Virus record (IMG/VR): IMGVR_UViG_3300033148_006706
Location: 64,001 to 128,000 of that record
Source of the DNA: a virus
Strand: one strand, 5' to 3'
Length of the DNA: 64,000 bases
Numbering within the stretch: position 1 is the first letter of the stretch; each line of letters starts with the position of its first letter. A program made the position numbers and the translations under genes. The notes under the pieces were generated by a model. The model was not told where the DNA came from, ran no database searches, and saw only the letters and a list, made by a program, of their open reading frames with translations. Positions 29,502-38,448 of the stretch are shown in pieces.

Positions 29502-30211
29502 TTAAATTTCTCCTTTAGCAATAATTCAACAATTCTAAAGTCCGTCTTTACATCTATTTCAAAATGGGTATAATAGTCCATTATAAAAAGCCCAACCGGA
29601 TCAGTTAACCTGTTTTTTGATTTAATAATATTACTAATCGTGTTTATATACATAGCCCCGTTTTCCATATAAATGTTATTTTTGTAAAAACGCTTCTCTT
29701 GCCTTAAAGGCCTAGATTTAAAATCATAATTCAAGGGAATAGCCCGAGATTTTTGATATTTATGGGAAAAACTTTCAGTCCATAAAAACCTGTGATTTAG
29801 ATCCGCTACTGATAACATTGAATTGTATGACCCCTTTTCATATTCATCAATCATTTTATTAACATCCTTATAATTAAGCAAAGGATTAGTAGCTTGGACA
29901 AGTATAAAAACGTCTTCATTATTTTCGTATCCTTTTCCCAAATACTCCAATATAGCATCCTCGGTTGTTGAATTATCTTGTGCATTTTTATGTTCCCTAT
30001 CATAAAAGATAATTTTATTAAATTGAAATTTTTTTATTATTAATTTATATTCTTCCGAATCGATTGCAACTATTATTTTATTAACTTTACTTTGCTGTAG
30101 AGCACTTAAAACCCAATATACTAGAGGTCTATGATTAATCTTTTTTATATTCTTATCTTTTATTCCTTTACTGCCACTTCTTATAGGAACAAACGATATT
30201 ATATTATTCAT
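29498..30211 (-). CDS. neuA: Acylneuraminate cytidylyltransferase (CMP-nonulosonate synthetase)
   Basis: VPIRSGSKGIKDKNIK, QATNPL, ENGAMY, EID motifs. Confidence 0.9.
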   Translation of the reverse strand: MNNIISFVPIRSGSKGIKDKNIKKINHRPLVYWVLSALQQSKVNKIIVAIDSEEYKLIIKKFQFNKIIFYDREHKNAQDNSTTEDAILEYLGKGYENNEDVFILVQATNPLLNYKDVNKMIDEYEKGSYNSMLSVADLNHRFLWTESFSHKYQKSRAIPLNYDFKSRPLRQEKRFYKNNIYMENGAMYINTISNIIKSKNRLTDPVGLFIMDYYTHFEIDVKTDFRIVELLLKEKFK

Positions 30212-30225
30212 ATAATATTAGTCAC

Positions 30226-30828
30226 TTAAAAAATATAATCAAATCTTTCTAAATCATCAGCATATAAAGTACTAACTATATCAACAGATTTTTTATCGTA
30301 ATATTCTTTATAATTTTTTCTTCGTGGCGCTCCGAAACTTTTATTAATCTGTTTAGGCTGTGGTATTCCTATTAAATCAAATATGTGGCGTATTTCTTTT
30401 TCAAAGTTTTCAAATCTTGCAATATAATCATAATTTTTACTACCTTTAGGAATTGCAAACCAACGTAACTGCGGTACATAGTGTATTTTATGTAAAGACT
30501 CTTTTAATTGAGTTTGAATAAAATCGTTAAAATCTTTTTTTATAGCACTAAATACTTTATTGTCATTTAAATCTTTTTGAGAAAGTGAACCTCTGTTTGC
30601 CCGTGACCAATACGAAACAAGTCTATCAAAAGGATTTCTTACAATAGTAAACGTAAAGTATTTATCCCATTTTTTGGGGTACGCTTGTATGTATCGAATT
30701 GGGAAGGCATGTCTCCCACCTACTTCTTTTGGATTTATGACCATATTTTCATCAAATAATGCATTTATCGTATGCCCTCCAGTACGAGGAATACTTACAA
30801 AAATCGTCTTGTACTTATCACTTACCAT
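30226..30828 (-). CDS. Sulfotransferase family 2 (carbohydrate sulfotransferase-like)
   Basis: 5'-PSB FVSIPRTGGHT, 3'-PB FTIVRNPFDRLVSYW, HYVPQ, YDYIARFEN; start reassigned to ATG 30828. Confidence 0.8.
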   Translation of the reverse strand: MVSDKYKTIFVSIPRTGGHTINALFDENMVINPKEVGGRHAFPIRYIQAYPKKWDKYFTFTIVRNPFDRLVSYWSRANRGSLSQKDLNDNKVFSAIKKDFNDFIQTQLKESLHKIHYVPQLRWFAIPKGSKNYDYIARFENFEKEIRHIFDLIGIPQPKQINKSFGAPRRKNYKEYYDKKSVDIVSTLYADDLERFDYIF

Positions 30829-30832
30829 ATTA

Positions 30833-31033
30833 TTATACTCTCGTTGTTTGTAATATGAAGAACCCATGCCCATTAGGCCAGCTTTTATAATTATCTTTAT
30901 ATCTACACCCTTGTACACCCCCCCAAGAAATATCATCCCAAAAGATAAATATCTTATCCACATAATCAGTTATCGAATTTATAGACTGCTGGACAAAATC
31001 TTCCCCATAAAGACATCTATATATTGCTATCAA
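30833..31033 (-). pseudogene. N-terminal fragment of a GT-A (GT2-like) glycosyltransferase
   Basis: IAIYRCLYGEDFVQQSINSITDYVDKIFIFWDD resembles the first beta-alpha-beta of GT2, but stops at 66 aa. Confidence 0.45.
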
Positions 31034-31721
31034 AATTCTTAATAAACTCCTTTAATTTTTCAGCATCCCGTATTCTTTCCCATTCTTTCTCTCTATATAA
31101 TGCTTTTACTTTATCTCGTTTTCTTCTCGCCCTTTGATCTCTATATGTGTCATCCAACTCTGACTTACCCACACTGAAATGTAAATGCTCTATATACAGA
31201 TCAGGTATATATACAAGCCTATCTATTCTTTTTGCTAAATCAGTAAGCCAAGTATCGTTATAATCTGCACTAAAGTAGGGAGGTACAAAATATCCTACTG
31301 TTTCTATCCAATTTTTATGAATAAAGCCATGGGTTCCTAACTCCCCACTATCTACAATTCCATCTCTACCGTATACGAATAAAATTTTATCAGGATATTT
31401 TTCAAATTCGCTTTTAACAATTCTATCCCATTCTTTTGTTTTATAAACAAGATCATCTCCTGCATGATGATAAATAGGACCTGTTGCTTTTCTGTAGCAT
31501 TCATTCCACATATTACTAAGTACAATCCTTTCACCAATAATGAATTTTATATTATAATTTTTTTGCAATTCTAGTGCTTTATCTCTTGATCTTTTATCGT
31601 CATTATCAATATAAAAAACAATTTCAACACTATTAGAATCCTCTGCTTTAGAAAATGCTGAATTGCATAATCTTTCCATTCCTGACGGTCTGTTTCTTGT
31701 TGGCACTAGTAAACTAATCAA
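31017..31721 (-). CDS. Glycosyltransferase family 2
   Basis: ISLLVPTRNRP, YIDNDD, GDD motif, DTWL, EHLH. Confidence 0.85.
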   Translation of the reverse strand: MISLLVPTRNRPSGMERLCNSAFSKAEDSNSVEIVFYIDNDDKRSRDKALELQKNYNIKFIIGERIVLSNMWNECYRKATGPIYHHAGDDLVYKTKEWDRIVKSEFEKYPDKILFVYGRDGIVDSGELGTHGFIHKNWIETVGYFVPPYFSADYNDTWLTDLAKRIDRLVYIPDLYIEHLHFSVGKSELDDTYRDQRARRKRDKVKALYREKEWERIRDAEKLKEFIKNFDSNI

Positions 31722-31725
31722 CTTT

Positions 31726-32301
31726 TTACTCTCCTATTCTAATTATTTCCACTCCGGGCTGATCTTTTATATATCTCCAGGGGTCAAGAATACAAGAGCC
31801 TTTTGGAAAAGAATATGTTCCAAATTCTTTATGTCTTGTTCCAATAAAATAGATAGCTGGCTCTTGTAATGGAGGGGGACTTTTATCAATATACGGATCA
31901 TACATTTGAGCATCTATATCTTTTTCCCTTAGTATATTCTTTAAAAGGATAGCGGGGCTACCAACTTCTAAATTAGTCTGTTCTTTAAACGCTTTTCCTA
32001 AAATAATTACGGGCAAATCCAACTGCTCTTTCTTTTCTTTTACTAATTCTGCCAACCATTCAGTTTGTTTTTCTCTGCAAAGCATAATATTTTCAAACCA
32101 ATCGTACGAAAGATTAAGTTTTCTAGAAAGCCATGAAAGAGCTATATTATCACGGGGATGACAATTATGCGAAACAATATTAGATTTTTTCTCTATCCAA
32201 AATAAATCATCATTATTCTGATGATTTGGAAATAACTCTAAATTATACACATCCCCTTCATAATATAATGTTTCAATTTTTTTAATATTCTTTTTTTTCA
32301 T
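31726..32301 (-). CDS. Split-intein C-part (46 aa) fused to C-terminal extein of UDP-glucose/GDP-mannose dehydrogenase
   Basis: Block F GDVYNLEL, block G VSHN|C, then CHPRD...ILGKAFK...YDPY of the dehydrogenase; own AGGAG RBS. Confidence 0.9.
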   Translation of the reverse strand: MKKKNIKKIETLYYEGDVYNLELFPNHQNNDDLFWIEKKSNIVSHNCHPRDNIALSWLSRKLNLSYDWFENIMLCREKQTEWLAELVKEKKEQLDLPVIILGKAFKEQTNLEVGSPAILLKNILREKDIDAQMYDPYIDKSPPPLQEPAIYFIGTRHKEFGTYSFPKGSCILDPWRYIKDQPGVEIIRIGE

Positions 32302-32331
32302 ATTTTAACACTCCTATTAGCTAATCTTCTT

Positions 32332-33459
32332 TTAATTTCTATTATCATAATATAATTTATCCGTTTGTTTTACTTTATCTGCTCGAATAATTTCCATTTT
32401 ACCATTCCTAAATACAGGAATTAAATGATCCTCAGTACAAATAAATTCTTCATCCTGAACAGAGAATTTATACAATTTGCCTTTATATTTTCTTTTAGTT
32501 ACGTCTTTTATTAATTTTTCTTCTTTTTCAGAACAATCGCTATTAATAGATTCTATAAAAAATTTTTTATTTTCTGATGAGTGGAAAATCTCATAGAAAT
32601 CCCCTATAGTAAATATTTCATTATTAACTTTTATTTTTGAATCATATAAAACACATCCTCCACCATCTCCCATTCCGCCCCTCATATATTTATTTGATAT
32701 AATTCTATCAGTTGCAAGTGAAAGAGCCCTAGTTACTTCATCTACATTTGTATTTGGAGTCTTATGACATATCTCCATAACGGTATTCATCATAACTATT
32801 TTTGTCGATATCGCAGTGTTATAAACCACTTTTATAAGCTCTGCATTTTCTATTGTTGTTTCAAATACAGGACGATCATGTAAAGTTTTATAAAAAAGTT
32901 TTACTGTTTCTTTCGCTGCAAAACTATCAGTTCCTAATAATACAAACTCGGGGTTCATAAAATCGGGTATTGTGGTTCCCATAGCTATAAAGAAAGGATT
33001 ATAACATAGATCTATATAAGGAGACATAAACGGACGAATTTCTCTTTCAATAGTCCCTGGTAACACTGTTGAAATAATAACCACAATTTTATGTCTTTTT
33101 ATTTTATTTAATTCCTCTGAAAGTTGTATTACTGATTCTTTTAAGTAACTATAGTCAAAATCTTTTCTTTCATCCGGTAATCTTGTAATTCCTTCATATT
33201 TTTCAGCATGAGGCGTTTGTACAGCAATAAAAATTATATCAGAACGCCCCGCTACATCCTTAATTGGTAATATCTTGATATTACTATTATCGAGTAGCTC
33301 TTGAGCCCCCTCTTCTCTATATGGAATTTTTTTATCTTTTATAATTTCTTTAACTTTCTCGGAAGGATCATATCCCACTACTGAATGGCGCCCAAATTTT
33401 TCTATTGCTAAAGCGCAAGGTAGCCCCAACTTTCCAAGACCTAAAAATCCTATATTCAT
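32332..33459 (-). CDS. ugd: UDP-glucose/GDP-mannose dehydrogenase N-terminal extein (268 aa) fused to split-intein N-part (107 aa)
   Basis: GLGKLG, AVQTP, STVLPGT, YNPFF, AELIKV, GMGDGGG then block A CVLYDSKI and block B CTEDH. Confidence 0.9.
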   Translation of the reverse strand: MNIGFLGLGKLGLPCALAIEKFGRHSVVGYDPSEKVKEIIKDKKIPYREEGAQELLDNSNIKILPIKDVAGRSDIIFIAVQTPHAEKYEGITRLPDERKDFDYSYLKESVIQLSEELNKIKRHKIVVIISTVLPGTIEREIRPFMSPYIDLCYNPFFIAMGTTIPDFMNPEFVLLGTDSFAAKETVKLFYKTLHDRPVFETTIENAELIKVVYNTAISTKIVMMNTVMEICHKTPNTNVDEVTRALSLATDRIISNKYMRGGMGDGGGCVLYDSKIKVNNEIFTIGDFYEIFHSSENKKFFIESINSDCSEKEEKLIKDVTKRKYKGKLYKFSVQDEEFICTEDHLIPVFRNGKMEIIRADKVKQTDKLYYDNRN

Positions 33460-34457
33460 TTGAAAACTCCTTCGTATATTCTTAAATAATCATTCAATAT
33501 TTTTTCATTATTCCAATGCTTCTCCATAAATTCTCTTGAATCCCGCTGAAGTTTCTTTAACAAACTTCTATTTTCATTTAACTCTGTAATTGTAGTAGCT
33601 AAAGAGTGCTTATCTGCCAGCACCCAGGGCAATTCATACAATTCGCACTTTAAGAACTCGGTAAGGTATTGAATCATCCAGTCTTTTAAGTTACACATAA
33701 CTACTTTCCCTTGTGATAGCCCCTCCAATGATGATAAATGATAGCTGCCAGTATAAATATCGTCAATATGAATATCACCTGAGGCTCGTCTTTTTAAACA
33801 CTCATCAAATCGTTCTCCGTAGATAATATCTTTTTCTATAATACCTTTACTTTCTAATTCATTTAATATAGCAGAAACCTCGCTATAACTTTTATAAGCC
33901 CATGTGGATTTCCTCTTTTTTTTAAGTTTTTCCAACGGCTCCTTATTAGATGGGCTATAAGTAACTTTTATTCTTTCATTATTAACTTCCTTGTATTGAA
34001 GCAAAGGGTCGCATATATCAACAACATTACGCACTGGATAAAAATCATCTTTAAGTAAAGACTTCAATCTTACCGCTTGATACTGTGCAATACAAGCTAT
34101 TCTGTCTATTCTTACCCATTTCTTAATAACATTAAACATTTCATTAATTACTTTCTCAGGCTCACCGTGCATCTGGTACACAAACGGTTTATTAATATTG
34201 CTTAGCATTTGCCATCCCTTGCTATTTTTATGTAAAGGAGGCTGATTATGAATGTGTATAATATCTGCCCAGTTAAGATATTCTTTAAATTGTTTTAAAT
34301 CTTCTTTACCTTTACCCCATACAACATCTGGTATTATTTTCATACTACTTAATCGAGATTGAATGCACTTTGATTCTATCCCATTTTTATTTAAAAAATT
34401 ACTTAACCTAACCGGCGCTCCTGCTAATGGTGATCTACAAAGATGCAATATTTTCAT
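33456..34457 (-). CDS. GT-B fold glycosyltransferase (GT4-like)
   Basis: MKILHL, ADIIHIH, MHG, DIHIDD...LEGLSQGKVV. Confidence 0.65.
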   Translation of the reverse strand: MKILHLCRSPLAGAPVRLSNFLNKNGIESKCIQSRLSSMKIIPDVVWGKGKEDLKQFKEYLNWADIIHIHNQPPLHKNSKGWQMLSNINKPFVYQMHGEPEKVINEMFNVIKKWVRIDRIACIAQYQAVRLKSLLKDDFYPVRNVVDICDPLLQYKEVNNERIKVTYSPSNKEPLEKLKKKRKSTWAYKSYSEVSAILNELESKGIIEKDIIYGERFDECLKRRASGDIHIDDIYTGSYHLSSLEGLSQGKVVMCNLKDWMIQYLTEFLKCELYELPWVLADKHSLATTITELNENRSLLKKLQRDSREFMEKHWNNEKILNDYLRIYEGVFK

Positions 34458-35214
34458 CTAGTAGAAACTCCTCATCGTTAAACAATTTAAAGACAACATC
34501 ATTATAATATTTGTCTTTCATTAAATGTAAGTTTTTCCAACTATTGAGATAATCCTTTCTTGAGAACGATAGTTTTCCAACTTTCTTTTTATGCTCGATA
34601 CTCTTAGCGTATTGCGCACTCTCTTCAGCACTTTCAATATAACTCCCATCAAATCCAACATAATATATTTCTTTATATCCCATATACGCTGTAAGAAAAT
34701 AAAACGCTCCCACTACCGAACCTTGTGCCTGTACAATTATATTATCTTTATATTCGGTATTGAAGCTCCCCTTCCGGATATCATTATCATCAATATTATT
34801 TGATTTAAAAAAATATATGTTCTTCAGATTCTTTATCTTTTCATAAAGTGACATAATTATTTCTATATCTAATGGGCTATCATTTCTTTTTTCCTTTTTC
34901 TCAATATGAAATGAAAAGATAGCATGCGGTAGTAATACATATTGAGCTAAATGTAATTTATCTACATTTCTTCTAAGTCCTTGATAATGAAAATTAACAG
35001 CATACTGAACACTCTTACTAGCTGTAAAGATAGATATAGCATCAGTAAGTGTACAAATATCATACTGCCTTTGCCCTTCCAGTTTCTTAATATTCAGCGT
35101 ATCTATAGAAGGGCCGGAGCCAATAAGTAAAGCCTTGTTATTTCGAGGCTTCCTCGGTACTTTTTCTAAAGTAGGCAGAAAAGGCTCTCTTAAGTCATCG
35201 ACTGTTGTTATCAT
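34435..35214 (-). CDS. Maf/GT42-like putative nonulosonate transferase
   Basis: ALLIGSGPSI and MGYKEIYYVGFD motifs of the CstII/Maf fold. Confidence 0.6.
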   Translation of the reverse strand: MITTVDDLREPFLPTLEKVPRKPRNNKALLIGSGPSIDTLNIKKLEGQRQYDICTLTDAISIFTASKSVQYAVNFHYQGLRRNVDKLHLAQYVLLPHAIFSFHIEKKEKRNDSPLDIEIIMSLYEKIKNLKNIYFFKSNNIDDNDIRKGSFNTEYKDNIIVQAQGSVVGAFYFLTAYMGYKEIYYVGFDGSYIESAEESAQYAKSIEHKKKVGKLSFSRKDYLNSWKNLHLMKDKYYNDVVFKLFNDEEFLLDENIASL

Positions 35215-35951
35215 TTCTTCTTACCTGCTCTTCTTAATCGTGCCTCATAATTATAATAATCGGGGTGTTCTATGATTTTTTTTACAATATTATAAATAAA
35301 ATCATGAGTTTTTATCTTTCCTTTTTGTAGTAATTGCCACATATACTTAGCATTAGAATATTGATCATGTGGATCAACACGACCCCGATTTTTTATGTTT
35401 GCTTTATCACGAATTTTCTTAGGCAGATAGTCTGGAAAATATTCTCTATAATCGTTGGGAATAAATAAATCAGGTTTCATATAATAAAAGTCTATTCCAG
35501 TAAACCAAAGTTCTTTTGGATTATATTGTAAAAAATGTTCCATGATAATAGGGCCGTACAGTACGCCTTTTATTTTTTTGCTAAGTTTTGCTATTGTATC
35601 AGCAAGCGTAAATGTAGGAATGGTTTTAGAGTATTTATCAATAAGATTCCTCTGATTTGTTTTCATTCCTAATAATTTCACCCCATATTTATCTCTCCAT
35701 GTTTTTAAATACCCCGCCGGTTGCATTTCACGATTAAATTGTACATTCATACAAAGTATATCGCATCTCTTACCATAATTCTCCACATAAGCAACTTTAT
35801 CTAAAAGAAAAATAGCGCCGTTTGTTCTTATTACGCAATCGAAACTGTCTATTTCTTTACCGAGATATTTCCCTTGTAATATCGGAGACGGGCCAACAAA
35901 TATTACTCGTTTCTCTTCTACCTGCTGCTGTAATAACTTTTCTACGTTCAA
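35211..35951 (-). CDS. GT29-like sialyltransferase
   Basis: Sialylmotif-L-like RVIFVGPSPILQGKYLGKEIDSFDCVIRTN...YGKRCD; S-like G...FTGIDFY; late His (DPHD). Confidence 0.7.
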   Translation of the reverse strand: MNVEKLLQQQVEEKRVIFVGPSPILQGKYLGKEIDSFDCVIRTNGAIFLLDKVAYVENYGKRCDILCMNVQFNREMQPAGYLKTWRDKYGVKLLGMKTNQRNLIDKYSKTIPTFTLADTIAKLSKKIKGVLYGPIIMEHFLQYNPKELWFTGIDFYYMKPDLFIPNDYREYFPDYLPKKIRDKANIKNRGRVDPHDQYSNAKYMWQLLQKGKIKTHDFIYNIVKKIIEHPDYYNYEARLRRAGKKK

Positions 35952-36499
35952 TATTTCTTCCTTATAACACAGGATGTATCTTTAAATATTTCATCTGGAA
36001 ATTTAAGTACTTCATTAAAAGCCTTTCTGACTCCTGGATGATGCTTACTATTACTATAATCATGTAGCGCCAGGAAGCCATTTATTTTTAATTTTGGCCA
36101 CCATAAGCCAATATCTTCCTTTACATTAAGAAAATTATGATTAGCATCGATATAAATAAACATTAAAGAGTTATTTTGAAACATTTTACAAGCTTCTTTA
36201 CTTGTTGTTTTTATTTTATAAATATTAGAATACTTTTTACAAAGTTCATCAAATTGCTTTTCTACTATTTCCATAGGATATTTATATGAAGAAGCGTCAT
36301 TTTTATCATATCCGTTTTTCCAAGCATCAATCGCTATAACCTGATCAAAATTTTTTGCAAATATTTCTGTACTATCTCCTACGTAAGAGCCTATTTCTAC
36401 AACTTTGGCAATAGTAGGATCTATTCGCTTTACATAAGCACATAAATCTTGAAGTCCCGATTTTGCATTTCTAGCTTTTCGTATACTAATTTTTTCCAT
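35948..36499 (-). CDS. Class I SAM-dependent methyltransferase (Methyltransf_24-like)
   Basis: VEIGSYVGDS, IDAW, FIYIDANH, LHDY...GVRKA; start at TAATG overlap. Confidence 0.85.
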   Translation of the reverse strand: MEKISIRKARNAKSGLQDLCAYVKRIDPTIAKVVEIGSYVGDSTEIFAKNFDQVIAIDAWKNGYDKNDASSYKYPMEIVEKQFDELCKKYSNIYKIKTTSKEACKMFQNNSLMFIYIDANHNFLNVKEDIGLWWPKLKINGFLALHDYSNSKHHPGVRKAFNEVLKFPDEIFKDTSCVIRKKY

Positions 36500-37278
36500 T
36501 ATATCTCCATACGATAATAATACATCCAAAGTTCTTCTAATTCATCATACCCTTTATTTAATTTATCCCTAGGGGATTTATCCCAAGGCTTTTGACTTAC
36601 AAAGTGAAGTAGTCTTACTTTTTCGTTAGTTATTCTATACAATAAATCTCTATTTCTACTAAAGAAAATTTTATGTTTCTTACCTTTCCACATTCTCTTC
36701 TCACAATTATATTCTTTCGGAAGAATGTGAATCATCTTTTTAAAGTATTTATTAATAGCTTTTTGATCCGGCATTGAAAATCCCCGCCTTGAAAACTGTA
36801 AAATATTTTTATACAGCTTAAAGTCTAGATAGGGTTTATTTACAACAATGACGCCAGTATTTATTCCGCTTCGTAGATTATCGCTTCCTGATCCATAAGC
36901 CTGCACTCCCGCCAATCTTGCTCCACATCGAAAAAGTGGATTTAAATCTCCTAATGCAATAGTATCCATATCGATAAAAACAACTCTATCACAATCAGTA
37001 TAAGAAAAAATATCAAGTTTGTAATACGTATTTTTTAAACAATCGTCTGTTATTGACATATTAATGTGTTTATAATTTTCAAATCTTGGTTTTACAAACT
37101 CTACATTATCATGTAATAAAGAAGCCATATAACCTTTATTTGAATTAGAAAGCCCCATATCAATAAATCGCCATTTATAATTTAATATTTTGGGACTATT
37201 TTTTACCACCGATTTATAAAAAGCAATAAAGCCGGGCATAAACGCATTATCTATCATTGACAGTAGAATAATTTTCAC
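36499..37278 (-). CDS. Glycosyltransferase family 8
   Basis: YYKL, FIDMD (DxD), INTGV, DQ, EYN, LHF..KPW. Confidence 0.9.
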   Translation of the reverse strand: MKIILLSMIDNAFMPGFIAFYKSVVKNSPKILNYKWRFIDMGLSNSNKGYMASLLHDNVEFVKPRFENYKHINMSITDDCLKNTYYKLDIFSYTDCDRVVFIDMDTIALGDLNPLFRCGARLAGVQAYGSGSDNLRSGINTGVIVVNKPYLDFKLYKNILQFSRRGFSMPDQKAINKYFKKMIHILPKEYNCEKRMWKGKKHKIFFSRNRDLLYRITNEKVRLLHFVSQKPWDKSPRDKLNKGYDELEELWMYYYRMEI

Positions 37279-37280
37279 TC

Positions 37281-37532
37281 TTATATCTCTTCGTATGTCC
37301 TATTAAATATATCGATTTTACAGGGATAGAACTCTCCATTTACTCCTTGTATTACATAATTTCCTTTTTCACATTTCATGTCCCCCTCTAACGTTTTTAT
37401 AACTAAGGCATTACTTGACTCCACAGATAAATGACAATGAGATTTACAAAGTTTTTTTATCTCATCCAAATTATTTCCATCCCATCTTATTGCTTTCACA
37501 ATGATTGGCTTCTTTCTGAATTCTTTCCACAC
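37281..37532 (-). CDS. Conserved phage hypothetical protein
   Basis: FRKKP..V.A..W...TLEGDM...G...GEFYPCK.DIF..TYE family pattern. Confidence 0.7.
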   Translation of the reverse strand: MWKEFRKKPIIVKAIRWDGNNLDEIKKLCKSHCHLSVESSNALVIKTLEGDMKCEKGNYVIQGVNGEFYPCKIDIFNRTYEEI

Positions 37533-37533
37533 T

Positions 37534-38388
37534 TTAATTACCTCCGATCCTTAAATTCTTTTTCTTCTCTTCTTCTCCTGGATATAATACTCTTGGCCCG
37601 TATCCTTTGGATAACCCCCTCTCAATATCTCTTACTCCTTTAACAAGCTCAAATAAACCATTAGGTTCAACTGAAGCTGCTTGATCACTACCCCACAGAT
37701 TATGATTCAACGTTATATGCTTTTCTATCCATGTAACTCCATACGCAAGCACTGCAAATGCATCTTTAATTCCGTAATAATGAGAGCTATAACCGATTTC
37801 TTTTCGAGGATACTTTTCTTTCAACCATTTTACATACTGTAAATATAAATCATCAATAGAAGTAGGATACACACTATTTGTATGCATAATAACATGAGGA
37901 TCTAATATATTAACAGCTTTTTCTATTTCCTCCTCAGTACTCATGCCCGTCGACATTATCCTATAATCAAATAAATCTCTACATAATTCAAGAAGTGCGT
38001 CGTTGGTAATAAGAGCAGATGGAATCTTTACAATATCCACAAATTTCTTCATGAAATAAGCGCTGTCTAAATCCCAAACCGATGCAAACCAGCCTATTCC
38101 ACAACTAAAACAATAATTATCAATTTCAGCATAATTGTCTTCATTAAATTCAATATCTTTTTTATATTGCAAATATGTAATAGGCTTTTGTCTCCAAGGT
38201 ACAATTTTTTCTTTATTTTTCTTATCTTCAGGAACGCAGATATCCGGATTTCTTTTCTGGAACTTTACATAATTACAATCTGCAGCACTAGCAATTGTAA
38301 TAAGTTTTCTAGCACTTTTAATAAACTCTAACTTATCATTTCCAAAGAATGCATTTAAGCCAATCTCAGCTATTATCTTAACTTCCAT
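37534..38388 (-). CDS. neuB: N-acetylneuraminate (nonulosonate) synthase, short form
   Basis: IIAEIG, VKFQKR, KIPSA, STGMS, S.YP, GYSSH, IEKHITL, GSDQ. Confidence 0.9.
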   Translation of the reverse strand: MEVKIIAEIGLNAFFGNDKLEFIKSARKLITIASAADCNYVKFQKRNPDICVPEDKKNKEKIVPWRQKPITYLQYKKDIEFNEDNYAEIDNYCFSCGIGWFASVWDLDSAYFMKKFVDIVKIPSALITNDALLELCRDLFDYRIMSTGMSTEEEIEKAVNILDPHVIMHTNSVYPTSIDDLYLQYVKWLKEKYPRKEIGYSSHYYGIKDAFAVLAYGVTWIEKHITLNHNLWGSDQAASVEPNGLFELVKGVRDIERGLSKGYGPRVLYPGEEEKKKNLRIGGN

Positions 38389-38431
38389 ATTATACTACTC
38401 CAAAGATAGAATAAAAAAATTTGAGTCTATT

Positions 38432-38439
38432 ATATTAGT
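38432..38439 (-). promoter_or_regulatory. Putative late promoter motif ACTAATAT heading the glycan island
   Basis: Intergenic, upstream of neuB; second copy at 30215-30222 before neuA. Confidence 0.55.
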
Positions 38440-38448
38440 ATTTCTCTT

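Noticed and set aside
30829-30963. N-terminal extension of the sulfotransferase in the ORF track
   Set aside because: Overlaps the GT stub in another frame; the family motif begins at MVSDKYK (30828), which has an upstream purine-rich RBS
32302-32334. ugd break as a sequencing error, frameshift or pseudogene
   Set aside because: Four in-frame stops, a dedicated RBS for the second half, and intact intein blocks on both sides indicate a genuine split intein
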